A DNA stretch of 64,000 bases from Xylographa opegraphella (GCA_022813865.1 JALDZX010000023.1:248001-312000), one strand, 5' to 3'. Positions 1 to 12,351 are shown, numbered from the stretch's first letter. Notes: generated from the letters alone by a model not told the origin. A program made the numbers and translations.

Positions 1-1045
1 AGAATTACTCGGGCCATCCCCGGCTCCAACTCCCAGTGCGCTCCCATCTGTCCACACCCGGCATGTCATATCGTAGCTTGCGCTGAGCAACACATCTGGC
101 AGGTGCGGGCTCCAGGCCACCTTTCGAACCGCATAGTCGTGACCTGGTAGAATGGCGACGGGTCCTTGGCCAGGGGATCGGATGTCGAACGTCCGGATCA
201 GGCGGTCCACACCCGCGGTAGCTATGATGCTGTCACGGTATTTATTCCAATCGTGAGTCAAAGCTTCTGTAGGGGGTATGCCACCTTGGGGCGGTAGACC
301 AAGACGAGTTGGCGCTGCAGCGTGTATGGGGATTGAGAGTGTAAGATGATTCGATACGGACGCAGGAGTGCGAAGGTCGAAGATCCGGAGATGTGAGTCT
401 GATGAGACAGCAGAGAGTATGGACGGCGAGTGTGGGGAGTACGCCGCGCTGTAAGTACAGGAGTGGGTGGGTAGGGTGAGGAGAGAATCGGTGCGGTGGG
501 GCGACCACTTGAGAGAAACAACAGCGTGAGCCTACTTCATCGAATCGAGAGCTTATATAGAAGATAGAGGAGGAAGGCGACAGCTTTGAAACTTACGATC
601 TTGATACACCCGTCCCAAGAACTCGAGCAGAAGGTATCCTTGCCCACCAAATTCCAATGCACCGCAAAGACCTCCCTCTTATGCTCCTGCCACGACTGCA
701 CCGGGAACTCATCAAGACCTATATCGAAGAGCTTGATCGAGCTATCACCCGCCGCCACAACAACCTGGTTCTCATGCGCCTCGGACCAGGAAAGATCGTA
801 CAGCGAATCCTGCGTATCAAACCTGCACCCCCATCAGCGTCATCTCCTTAAGTCTCTTCCGGGATCAGCGAAGAGCAAGACCATTTCTCAGAAACGATTC
901 CATTAGGCGTCAATCCCAAGATGTAAAGCCGTCCGTTGCCAACGAGACCGAAATTGGCAGATGCGGCGACCGCAAGTCGCGAGTCGAAGAAGGGCGAGTA
1001 CTTGACGGCATAGCCATTGAAGCCTTGAGTGCGGAACTCGAGCAT
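1..1045 (-). CDS. PEX7: Peroxisomal targeting signal 2 receptor (WD40), 3' end runs off the window; spliced
   Basis: N-terminus MLEFRTQGFNGYAVKYSPFFDSRLAVAASANFGLVGNGRLYIL and WD repeats (EHKREVFAVHWNLVGKDTFCSSSWDG; ELLTHDWNKY) are diagnostic of fungal Pex7. Introns at about 881-824 and 597-510. Confidence 0.96.
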
Positions 1046-1461
1046 GCTGGTGCACGCATGTTGCGATGACCTCGAAAAGCGGGACGACGCTCACATCAAA
1101 AAGTCTATCACAAGTTTTGATTTCGGCGTAGGCAGCCCTTCAGATTTGCTTAGGGGGCGGTTTAAGTGGTCGAGTTAGGTGGCATCAGGCAGTTCTTGCG
1201 AGTTCTAGACAACTAATATTCAAGTGTTCGTTGATGCTTTGAGCTGCAATCAGCTATTCTTCTAGACACATAAGTAATACGTTTAGCCAAGGGTTAAAGG
1301 CTTGACTGAGTAAGTTGTAGTGACTACACGATTATGACGACAAGGCCTAGAGCACGTCTCACTCAGATCCGGAGAACTATTGGATATGCAATCTCATCGT
1401 GGTCCATTCAGGACACAATGGTCTAAACTATAACATTTGGCCGTTTCAAGAACACCATCAA

Positions 1462-4397
1462 TCAAAGCCACGACGGAAAGTTTTCGTTTCCCGCCGCATC
1501 GTAGACCATTTCATCCAGCGATTCCTGGCCAATGCTCCTCCCGTTCATTGACGCAAGCTCCTGGATGCGCCTCTGCGCCTCCACTACCCGGGCGCTTCGT
1601 TGAGTACGCCCGAGGCCCATGATAGCCGTTACGCTACCCTTGCTGACACTCCGGATCTCGTGCCAGTATTTGCGCGGCAGCTCGAAAGATCGGCGTGGAG
1701 GATTTGTGACCAATTCGACGGTCGCACGCTGATCCTGCTCCGGGAACTGATCGATGTCGCGATGTAACCAGCGCTCTGGTCGTAAACTGGCCCGAGGGGC
1801 GGTACTGAGCGTCAGCCTGCACTTCGTCGTGGTGCATCCCTGATATTCTCGATCATTTATATTTATCCCGAAAGAGCCTATTCGTGAAGCCACTCGGTCT
1901 TGGTACTTTAGCTCTGCAATCAGCAGCATCAGGTACTCGGGACATATAGAAAGACCGACGCTTGTGCCAAACTGCTCCAGAAGGAGTTTGATGGCGGAGG
2001 CTGGAGTATAAGTGGTAGCCAATTGATACATCAAAGTCTTGTGCACGAGTGCTGCCTCTGGCTTAAGGTCTTCAGAGAGGGTTACCGACTCTTGCGACTG
2101 CTTGTCATTTCGCTGCTGAAGAGGGCTAGAGACGACTTTGATCCTTGCTTCGCTTTTGGCATGACAGATGGTTCCATCAGATAGGAGTGAGTGTGTGTAT
2201 CGTAATTTGACACCGAGAATTGTTATCATCTTATCCTCGAGTCCACCATCAAGGATTCCCGTCAAATTATCGTGCTTCGAAGGATTGAGGCTTCCGTGCG
2301 GTAAATCGGAGATCTTATCAGTGTCTACTTCCGGTGCAGACATGTGTATCTTCACGACTGTCTTCACGACTTCTCCAGCTCGAAGAGTCGTAAATTTAAC
2401 CGGACCTATGATTTTCTTGATTCTGCAGAAACGGCCACCATGGAAAAAGAGTTCGAGACCGGAGAGCACTCCAGGAACCGAGCTAGTTCGTAGCATCCAA
2501 ATAAGATGGCGGAATCTATCACCAAGACGTCTTTCATCTTTGAGTTGGCCAAAGGTTGACAGTTCTCTATATGTCGGTTGGTAATCCATGTACCAGCCAT
2601 CTCCTACTAACGGTTTCTCACTCATGTAAGGTAAACTTCCAGCGCAAATGACATGTACTCCAATGCTTTCTTCTGAACAGTAGGTCGAGGTTACGGTGTG
2701 CGGTCTTGACGTGAACACTATGATGTGCTGTATAGTCTCTTTTCCATGGTTGTTTGTGGATAAAGCTCTTGGAAAACTTCTGAGGTGACTTTGTGCTACA
2801 GCGATAGTTTCTCCTAAGAAATTTGGTTCTGGTACTTCTGAGCAAACTTCAAGGTTATCGAGGATGTGTTTTAGGTTCCACAAGTTAGGCTCCGCGAGTG
2901 ACAGTAATCTGCCAGTGCTCCCTGAGTCCTTGATGCCAGAAGAGGTTTGGAAAAGCGCAAAGCGATCTGAATTTGCTGTCAGGTTATGCGCAATAGTAGT
3001 CACAGATTCACAAGCGGACATAAGCGCTGCTGGAGAGGTATACAGACTGCTTCATCAGTACTCAATATATCAATAGTGGTTTGAGGACTCACGAATTGTC
3101 AATGACGACGGCAAGATCCAGTTGATGTGGTTCAAGTGGTTGGTATATATCCTTCGATATATGGTTGACGACCCCTTCAATTTCGACAGCAACGAGAAAA
3201 GTGATGCCGCCAAGGAGATCTGCTGTCACAACTTCGGTCCTATCCGGTACAAGGGTAAGTCTCACACAGACGACTTTCGCATCGTCTGTAGACATCTTGT
3301 CCGAGTTTGGCAGTCGTGCAGGTTGATACCGTTCAAGCGCAGTTTGTGCTGCGTTGGTGAGGGTAGGAGTTGTGTGTTGTGAGTCACCAATCTTAAAGAA
3401 CGAATTGGGAGGACGAGGAAAGGCCGCGATCATACTTCCAAGGTCACTCTCGGAAGAAGAACGAAAGCTCGAATCCGACTTAGTCGCACATCTAAGCTTT
3501 GCGGGGGTGCGGTTTCGATCATTGCCCGAGCGGCTTTGAGCATCATGAACTTCGTCGGAATGCTTGTTTGGTTTCCTGCATTCACAACTGTCTCCACTTG
3601 GCATACCAGATGTTGGTATCATTGGATCAAACCCAATCGCGAGTCGATTCAAATTGCGCAGTTTATAAGACGACTGCATATCGAGAACCTGTTGAGATGA
3701 AGTTGATACTGCTATACGTTTCATGCAGTCCTCATGGTCACTTGAAGGTCTTGCCGAACAAGAAGTAGATCGATAGCTGTGTCGCAAGGACGGCTTCGAT
3801 ACTGAGCTCGGCATAGCCAATTGGCGCATGATGTTTTCTGTATCAAGCAGTACCAATCTGCCTCTATCAAATTCGGAACAGGCTTCATATCAATTAACTT
3901 AATGAAGTATGAGTATTGAATAAGATGCCAGAGAACTTACCACGGCCGTGGTGAGTATGTTGGTATCTTGTCAATGTCGTGCAATGTGATGTTGAGCTAC
4001 CATCGTCGGAACCTTTGACTGCTGCATTGCCGCTGCCAGATAAAGAGGTAGCTGGACTTCGACGAATTTTACGAACGGTGAGTGTAGCTGGTACATGTTG
4101 CGATGGGGCAGTTGTGGGTGAGACCGCAGGGTCATTCGCAAACTCGTTGTCAGGATAATCACTTTGAGTCATCTCACAGATTTCATTTATCAAGGATATC
4201 AAAGACGATCTTTGTGCAGCTTGCGTTCCGCTGTAATGTACCATTGCTGACGGACCAGAGAGTATGGTAGATATTGAGAGAGTTGCTGTGGTTTCATATT
4301 CTTCGCGTGAAGGACGTAGACTCTTCTTGATTTTGAGTGGCTTTGGAGTAAGCTGGTCCTTCTCCAGGACACCCGAGTTAAGGTTCTGTGATGTCAT
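1462..4397 (-). CDS. Large fungal protein with Ser-rich N-terminus and degenerate VWA-like domain; 3 exons
   Basis: ORFs 3894-4397, 3089-3856 and 1462-3021 join in frame through a GTAAGT..AAG intron (donor 3940) and a GTGAGT..CAG intron (~3091-3047). The join gives LDLAVVIDNSLYTSPAALMSACE, a VWA beta-1/MIDAS-like segment; later DRFALF and HIIVFT match VWA strands. Confidence 0.7.
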
Positions 4398-4534
4398 GGT
4401 GTTGTATGAGACTGTAACACGGTTGGTGAGACCGTAAGTGAGAACGTAGGAAATGGTGAGGGTGCAGAGTGTGAGCAGTGAAAAAGCAAGATATTAGTCA
4501 CGTGAATTAACCCTAACAGATCTTTAGGGATATC

Positions 4535-4771
4535 TCAACAACCGCCCTGCCTAGCGGTGCCTCTTTCTAAATCAGGGTTCGCTTGATGTCCACTGGACTC
4601 CTTCGAAGAGAATGAGCGAGATCTAATTTTTCGACGTACTCCTATCAAGTTGTGAGCGGTCCAAATATGCCACTCCGAGCACTTGATAGCACCGTATACC
4701 ACGACGACCAAAATAAGGACAGGTACTAGAAGCAGAAGGCCAACGACAGCGACGCTATTGACGTTTCCCAT
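4535..4771 (-). CDS. Putative small single-pass membrane protein (78 aa)
   Basis: ATG at 4771 (MGNVNSVAVVGLLLLVPVLILVVVVYGAIK), one strong TM helix, basic juxtamembrane segment, and a DLERG tail typical of small fungal membrane proteins. Confidence 0.45.
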   Translation of the reverse strand: MGNVNSVAVVGLLLLVPVLILVVVVYGAIKCSEWHIWTAHNLIGVRRKIRSRSFSSKESSGHQANPDLERGTARQGGC

Positions 4772-6206
4772 ATAGTAGAAGGAAGTATGAATGAGGCTAG
4801 ACCACCAGTACCTCAATTGCACGTCCCGTACCCGGTGCAAAACTGTTCAGGCCGCGTTGTATAGTCAACGAAGAACACGCACCAGACCCGATAACCACCC
4901 AATAAAAGCTAGCACGTGGGCACTCAAACTGACTGCGTCTAGAAAGCTTGGGTTGTACAGGACTGAAATTATAACTGTAGGTGCAGCAATAATGCTCTGA
5001 TACGTGGTAATTGTCACGCTCTCCAGAGTCAAGTTTCTGAGATCAAATGCTAGTATTGACGGCGTGGAAATTAGACCAGAGTCCCACTGATACTTGTAGC
5101 AATCAGTAATGCGAAACAAAACTGTATCTGAGAGATTGTTATACCTTAAGAGAGCGAAATATAAGCACGGTATCCCTAACTTCTTCGGCCACCCGCAATA
5201 TGCCAGTGTATATACCCGCTAGTAATATAATTGATGCGAAAGCGGTTATCACTAGATCCCGACGAATCCTGCTGTGTCGAAGGTAAGCGTGCGGGAGAAG
5301 CAGAACTAAATTGGCACCTTTGAGTCGGAGTGACTCGAGAGATCTTCGTAAATTCGTTTAGCTGACGAAGGCTGCGTATTGAAAGTTGTATTCATAGAGC
5401 ACACCTTTTAAGCCTATAACACCTGCTGCTTTGGGCGTCGTCAATCCTTTTGGCGTAGAACTCGTTTTCGGTGGCTAGATTACAGCTTGATAGGCTATCT
5501 TTACTGAAAGGCACAAGCGTGGCTGTCGGCTTTCCAGTCGCTCTTCGTGATGGACAGCAACTAACAGGGTGTCTGCGAGCCAAAGTAAGAGATTCAGTGA
5601 TATCTCTGGAAGTGGCAACTGCTTGAGCTCTAGGCATGAACTTCGACGATCGGTACGTTGTTCCTGACAGTCTGGATCCTTGGGCGTCTCCCTTGAATTA
5701 AGAGACAATTTCCGATCTTTAGGTGTGCTCGGTGCAGCGAAGTGCTTATGTCACAAATGTGATTGCCTCTTTGTCCTTTCACGAAATCCTCTGTAGCCTT
5801 GACAAAGCCCACGAGTAATAGTAAGGCGGGAAACAACCGGAACAGCAAAGATGTTGACTAATGCCTACAGACAGATGTCCTTCGAGAAAGAGTACGGTAT
5901 GTAGTGCTTGGGAACGTTGCTGCTTATAAAACTGGCCTCCCAAATGAAATAGGTATATACAGTTCACTAACTGTTCTAGTGTTTGGGTGGAGAGCAATGA
6001 TACCAGACTTCGTAGATAAGTAAACTCGAATTGAACTGTGGAGGCAAGAGCGACTCTAGACTGAAACACCCGATGAGGAAGTGGGCCATCGACAAGGGTT
6101 AAATTAAGAAATAATAAGGACCTGAACCTACCATCATTGAGGAGTCTTCCCAAAGATAGTATTAAGTTAAAGATTTGTCACACGTAAGTATCCACACATT
6201 ACCACA

Positions 6207-7346
6207 TCAGCTATGGCTGACGCGAATGAATTGCTCCCTAATTGAATTTATTTCATTGTCGTCGATATTTAGGAATTGTATCTATATGTCCATTCAGTGA
6301 TACGCAATGCAGTACAGATTCGTACTCACCGGATCTACACCGTCACTTGCAAACAAAACAGGTTCTGATATACTTGCTTCGATGCCTGTTCTGACACGTT
6401 GCACCCAGACCCCATCCCAATTCCAGTGACTTGCTGATTGCGCAGGCGTTAGTGCACCAGTCATTCTTTTATGAGCACGCTGTTGTCCTCCCAACAGGTC
6501 GTCCGGTGTGACCGATGAGCGATCTTGCTCGACTCTCTTACGGTAGGCAACCCAAGAATGCCAGGCTCCAGAACATACGGCAGATTCCAATGGTAAATCG
6601 TCGAGTAGTTTCTCATCTTCGAAAGCGGATTTAATATAATGAAGGAGCTTCGCCATGGTCGGGACTTCCTTTAGATGAAATGAATTCTGAATGTCACCAG
6701 CACCCAAACCAGAGCCATACGCAAGCCCTGTCATTGGTGTAGGACCAGCCGGTTGATGTTCATCGGAGTCACAGTCGAGCCCAACAGTTCTCATAACAGG
6801 GATATTCGAAAGGGTTTCTGAGGCCAACGTGCCAGTACCTGATGTAGTCTGCCCAACCCAGTCAGAAAAAGCATGTTTCAAACTGAATCCACCAGGAGGT
6901 AGCCGCTCTTGGTCTGGACTGCCGGAAGTATCAGGTCCTAAAGTGCCAGTTGCGTAGGTATATGTTGTCAATGGCGTTACGAGCGGGTGAAATATATCAC
7001 TATTGAAGACAATCAAAGGTGGCAAACGAGGGTATTCATCTGGGAATGTGACTTCAAATCGAAGGATAGCGGGTACATAGGGGCCTCAAACATGAAAAAT
7101 TAGCTGTAGTGCAGTCTACAGCCATACAATATGGAACTGACCCTTTCGGGGGAAGAAAACACCACTCCAAGTAGTGGGACTTCCTGGTGTCAGACTCACA
7201 TAAATGCCCGATGGACAATTATGCTTCAAGCGTGTACTATGCTGTGTGTTAGCTAAATACCTGAGACCACTGTAAACTGCTCACAATTCAAGAAGGGCTT
7301 TCTGTCTGGAACGTGCAGGCCAGAGGTGTCGACGTGATAAAGACAT
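6207..7346 (-). CDS. Inactive ubiquitin-conjugating (UEV) protein, FTS/AKTIP-like; spliced, start uncertain
   Basis: Spliced reading SRQKALLEF|TRLKHNCPSGIYVSLTPGSPTTWSGVFFPRKG|PYVPAILRFEVTFPDEYPRLPPLIVFNSDIFHPLV is a UBC fold lacking the catalytic Cys after the HPN-equivalent. Last exon IQFLNIDDNEINSIREQFIRVSHS* ends at 6207. Confidence 0.8.
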
Positions 7347-7650
7347 TGAGTAGGGACTCAAACACGTCTACTCCGAGCTCCGTACGGAGCACAGCTGCGA
7401 TTCGTTATTGTGCTAAAAGCAAGCCGAGGTTGCCACCGCTTTAGATAGGAATTTTACGTCATCGAGCGCGTAAACGCGGGACGCGCGGTAACAAGCTAGC
7501 GCATAGCCGACATCCAATCTGGGTGAGCTCTGCTGGAATTCCGCATAAGTTGAAAACGTGTATCCTGGAGCTTCTAAGACTATATTGAAAGCTTACTCAG
7601 AAGTCTGCTATGGGGCGCATGCTGGTCGGCGGATAAATTCACATCCAGCC

Positions 7651-9321
7651 ATGGCCCACTACCGCTGCTTACTGATGCCATTCCTTTATCCCAGCTTGGA
7701 AGTCCTTTGGAAACCGCTGAAAGCATCATCGAAGCTCCTTGATACAGCACGTGTTCACAGGCGCTGTCTGCATAGCGAAATTATTGATAGCGAAAGTTCG
7801 GAGCCGACGACTGCAGCCTCGGACCTTCTGAGCTACAATGAGCACCTCAATCCTCCACCAGAAGACTACGGTAGGACGATTTTTGCCGATAAGTGCAAAC
7901 TAAGTCTCCATGCTGGATCTGGGGGTCACGGGTGCATATCTTTTTTGAGGGAAAAATTTATAGCTGCGGGACCTGCCAACGGAGGCGATGGAGGCAGTGG
8001 TGGAAATATCTATATACAAGCCGTACGTGGGGAAACAAGTCTTCACAAGCTTGCCAGGCGCGGCATTCTGAAGGCCGGTCGAGGGAAGAATGGTCAGGGG
8101 AGCAACAAAGGAGGGCAAAGAGGCGAAGATGTCCTCATTCAAGTTCCTGTTGGGACCGTGGTCCGAGAAATCTCACGATATGACCCTGTGACGGAAGAGA
8201 GCGAGAATCTCAACATGACAGCCAATTCAGCATCAGTAGAAGGCTATATTGATAGAGAAAAGTGGATTCTATACCCATCATCTGACCCATCAGAATACGC
8301 TACGGCTGAATTTCCTGAACTTCCCAAACCAAGAAGATCAAACCTGGCAAGCATGCAACCCGCCCCTCCTATTTCGATGGATTTGTCCGAGCCAATGGAG
8401 CAACCCATGCTGCTTGCTGCTGGAGCTGTGGGTGGTTTAGGGAACCCTCACTTTGTTACCAAATCAATGGTCCGGCCAAAATTTGCTACTCGGGGAGGGT
8501 CTGGAATGAGGCTAGAGTTAGAATTGGAACTTAAACTTTTGGCAGATGTTGGCTTTGTTGGTTTACCTAACGCTGGAAAGAGCACACTATTGCGCGCACT
8601 TAGCAGAAGTCGAGCGCGCGTGGGTGACTGGGCCTTCACAACCCTCCAGCCGAATATTGGAACCGTTGTCCTAGATAATAGCTATGGGAGACCTAAATTA
8701 CACTCTGTCGACTATGAGGGGGAACGAAGAACTCAATTTTCAATCGCCGATATACCTGGTCTGGTACCCGACGCTCATCTTGATCGAGGGCTGGGTCTGG
8801 GCTTTCTCCGCCATATCGAGCGTGCTCGCGTGTTGGCTTTCGTGGTCGACCTCAGCACTGGAGACTCGGTACCAGCCCTCAAGAACCTGTGGAAAGAACT
8901 GAACGAGTTTGAGCGACTAAGGGACAGAGATACGAATAGTGAGACAGAGCATCGAATTGTGAGCTGGCAGGCCTTCGGTAGCACTGTTTCCACAACGTCA
9001 CCGCAAAACGCAGAGCTAGAAACTGGAAAGGAAAATATGATGATCAATGCTGGATCGCAAGCACTGCCACCGCTACAGATGCCTCCCATCTCATCCAAAC
9101 CGTGGTTCGTTGTGGGCACTAAGGCCGATTTGCCGTCCAGTCAAGAGAATTATGCCCATCTGAAAACTTATTTGCAAAGCGTATTTGCAGGAAAGGCAGC
9201 GCCGCCGAGCGGTAAAAAGCACGGATGGAAAGGCCAACTGATGGTCATTCCAATCAGCGCCATCCGTGGGGAAGGGATCGACCAGATAACGGGGTGGACC
9301 ATAAGTCTGTTGAACTTATAG
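7651..9321 (+). CDS. MTG2: Mitochondrial Obg-family GTPase
   Basis: Obg Gly-rich domain (GPANGGDGGSGGNIY), G1 DVGFVGLPNAGKST, G2 FTTLQP, G3 DIPG, FLRHIER, G4 TKAD; basic N-terminal presequence; intronless. Confidence 0.95.
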   Translation: MAHYRCLLMPFLYPSLEVLWKPLKASSKLLDTARVHRRCLHSEIIDSESSEPTTAASDLLSYNEHLNPPPEDYGRTIFADKCKLSLHAGSGGHGCISFLREKFIAAGPANGGDGGSGGNIYIQAVRGETSLHKLARRGILKAGRGKNGQGSNKGGQRGEDVLIQVPVGTVVREISRYDPVTEESENLNMTANSASVEGYIDREKWILYPSSDPSEYATAEFPELPKPRRSNLASMQPAPPISMDLSEPMEQPMLLAAGAVGGLGNPHFVTKSMVRPKFATRGGSGMRLELELELKLLADVGFVGLPNAGKSTLLRALSRSRARVGDWAFTTLQPNIGTVVLDNSYGRPKLHSVDYEGERRTQFSIADIPGLVPDAHLDRGLGLGFLRHIERARVLAFVVDLSTGDSVPALKNLWKELNEFERLRDRDTNSETEHRIVSWQAFGSTVSTTSPQNAELETGKENMMINAGSQALPPLQMPPISSKPWFVVGTKADLPSSQENYAHLKTYLQSVFAGKAAPPSGKKHGWKGQLMVIPISAIRGEGIDQITGWTISLLNL

Positions 9322-10299
9322 TAAACTCAAGAGCCATTCCATTGCCATTGATACAGAGCAGTGTATGTCTGACCTTATTCTGTTTCGAGTCATCTCTTGG
9401 TATCCCTTACAGTACCTCCAGATCTTCCTGCACGGACATACATATCTATCACTGTTCCCTCAATTATCCCGACATCGCACTGTATTGTCATGCTGTGCAT
9501 CTTTTCTACCCTGAATATGCGAAGTCACCCACCAGTGCTGTGACAGACATACAACTAATATCTATGAAGTGCGTCATGTCCTCATGTTCATACGCTACTA
9601 TTCCCCCTGATACACAAATACCCCACTATCTTACCCTTTCCTTGCTCGAGAGTCGTAGTCAAATTCATGCGCCCTCAATTGACCGTGTGATCAGCATTTT
9701 CCAATAGCGGTCGTTTCTTGATACTCGTTCACCCACAATAATCCAGAGAGCAGAAAGACAGATGAGGTGCTATCGTGAGCGAGACTGATAAAGAATATAG
9801 AGAGTGATTTCAGTATGTTAGCGGAAAGTTGCCGGACTGGTAGAATTCGTGAGGCCATGAATCGTGATCGGCGACAGTGACAGAACCCAGGTTGATCTCG
9901 GCCATTTCGTTCAGTTGCTCCTGGACCCCTTCTTGTGGGGGTGTGGATAATACATCTTGATTCTTGGGGTCGTTTGCGACAAAGTTCTCAACAGCTTGAG
10001 GAGACTATTCGGAGGACCCTATCACACTCATCAAAACCATGAATAGCAAAGAACTGTAGACGATCCAGTGTTTTCAGCACTTCTTTTAAACTGTTTTCTG
10101 GTTTCCTTATATTGGTCGTAGGCTCGAGAATTCCGTAAGGTTTAATTGTGTAGGTAATGTACGTGGTCGGACTGGCGCCTTGTATAACGGAGGACTAGCT
10201 TCGAAGTAGAATTGAAACTCGGCTTGGAATACTACATCACCACCCACCTAAACACTCCTTCCATACCAAGTTCAGCATCAGGAACGACGTGCTCACAGC

Positions 10300-10900
10300 C
10301 ACCAGGCTCGGCTGGCACTAATTTCTTTAGCTTACCTTGCGAAATTTGCAGCGACATCTGAAGAACACGCTCGTTGTAGCGCTGCTCAGTTATCTTTTCC
10401 AAGATACTGCTTCTCGAGTAGAGACTTTTGGCCTCAACAGACTATTTCGATGGCTTCCATTGCTATATACCAGCCGGCTGATGCACAGTGAAACTGTCCC
10501 AGTACTCTATGGAATGAACAGCTTTTGTTTCGGGAATACTATGTCCTAGCAAAGTCGACCTTCTGCAGATCTATTTATGCTGTACTGGGCACGCGATTGC
10601 AGATTTACTGTCTCACCAATGTATCGATTACCCAGTCGCACAGAGGATACAAGAGCTACCAGGAAAGCTAGACTTAGATGTGAAAGTATGCAGCTTTTGA
10701 CACTACTCCAGGAGAATTCCATCAGTTTAACGACACTGGAAAGTTTCGTCCATGGCAATAGTTTCAAGAATTTATTGAAAACCGATCCCAAGAACAACCT
10801 ACGATTCTCTCACTGAAGAAGCATTTATTGCAAATCAATACGCAACTGAAAATTATTCTTCACTTAAAAAGATAATCGTCAGAATTTACGAAGGCACTCC
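10300..10900 (+). pseudogene. Decayed gene of a fungal F-box-like ('FLSLPxEIR..IY') hypothetical protein family
   Basis: Segments in different frames read NFFSLPCEICSDI*, LLYTSRLMHSETVPVLYGMNSFCF..*, LLQIYLCCTGHAIADLLSHQCIDYP and LTLLQENSISLTTLESFVH. They are colinear motifs broken by stops and frameshifts. Confidence 0.6.
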
Positions 10901-11841
10901 AACAATATCAACGATTGAAATCATGCAAGAGCTTGGTTGGATAGTTTGACGCGGCTACAAAAACCAACATGAATAGTTAATAATGATATATTATTGTTCC
11001 ACTCTTGTATAATCGACGTAAATCGACCCGAGTCACAGGGTAACAATTTGTACAGCTAATGTCAACAGTTCTTGTAAGGTGATTTAATTGACTCAGGGCA
11101 TCATTACCGCTTCGATTACCATCATGTGCTGGTCGATCAAGCTTAATCACTGTCAGAATATATGTTAAACCCGACCTGGTATAAACTGGATATAAGTCAG
11201 GATGCAATTCGTGATCGGTTAGCGGGACGGAGATGCGGCTGTTGTGCCTTGCATTAAACGGAGGCCTCTTAGAGTCGAAGGTTACCTCATGTACCTTACC
11301 CATGCCTGGATCCATGTCACCATGCATTTTGGTCCATGCCTTCGGTCTCCGAGATTCTTGCTTTCTGCAAGCACAACATTGGGCTTGCACCATATCCGGC
11401 AGCAGAGCCGAATCACACCTCAACGCAAGAAAGCTCAGTGTTCAGAGTTGGTGCGACAGGCAAGGGGGCTACCTTGTATCACGCAGGATCTTTCCATGTT
11501 TGGCGACAGCTGTATACAATGTCTTATCCACGCATTCGGACTGCCCAATATTGGCACAAGATACTTTGACTCGCTGCCGGCCACAGTATATAACATGCCT
11601 ACAATATTGGAGCGCATAGCGGGTCAATTATTCGAACTCAGATTTTCACCACGCTGTGTTGTCCGCGAGGCCATAGATGCAGGTTTCCGTCAAACTATGA
11701 TCTCTTACGTATACGGTAAACCGGTCGAGCATACATTTGCGAACTCTTAAGAAGACACTCCTGCACGTTCTGCTTTCTTGGACATTGCCAACATCCTTCT
11801 CCCCTCCTACCAATCGCTAGAATATCTCGTCAGTCGCAAAA

Positions 11842-12351
11842 ATGCGTCTACTAGTTCTCTTCGTTGCTCTCTCTTGCCTCTTCTCCACCAATGCATCACC
11901 CATCTCTTCCAATCTGGACGTCAAGAAAGGTTCCCCCTTGCTGCGTCGACAGATGAGCCGGTACCCATTCTGCCCTTCCCAACCCGCCACCGAAGCCCTC
12001 CAGCAAACAATCTTCGCAGATTTCATAAAACTTCTCTATACCCAGAAGAACGTCACCGGAGCGTATAACGCGCACGTCGACGTCAATCTGATCGAACATT
12101 CTCCCTTTGGCCCGCAGGGCCGTGATGCCAATGCGGCTGTACTGTTGAACATTATTCCTTACGCCCAGTTCACGGTCTTGCGCTCGAATTTCGATGCCAA
12201 TTTTGGCTTCATCCACCTTGAGATCGCTGGAAGTCCAGAACCGACGGCATTGGCGGATATTTATCGGATGAATGGAACCTGCATTGAGGAGCATTGGGAT
12301 GTGACTCAAGTCGAACCTAGCAACGCCACGAACCCCATCGCCATGTTCTGA
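11842..12351 (+). CDS. Secreted SnoaL/NTF2-like protein
   Basis: Signal peptide MRLLVLFVALSCLFSTNA, dibasic RR, then the SnoaL-like motifs LIEHSP..QGR and DIYRMNGTCIEEHWDV; intronless. Confidence 0.85.
   Translation: MRLLVLFVALSCLFSTNASPISSNLDVKKGSPLLRRQMSRYPFCPSQPATEALQQTIFADFIKLLYTQKNVTGAYNAHVDVNLIEHSPFGPQGRDANAAVLLNIIPYAQFTVLRSNFDANFGFIHLEIAGSPEPTALADIYRMNGTCIEEHWDVTQVEPSNATNPIAMF

Noticed and set aside
5630..5848. ORF with signal-peptide-like start (LFRLFPALLLLVGFVKA)
   Set aside because: Starts at TTG with no ATG, no recognisable domain; at most a remnant.
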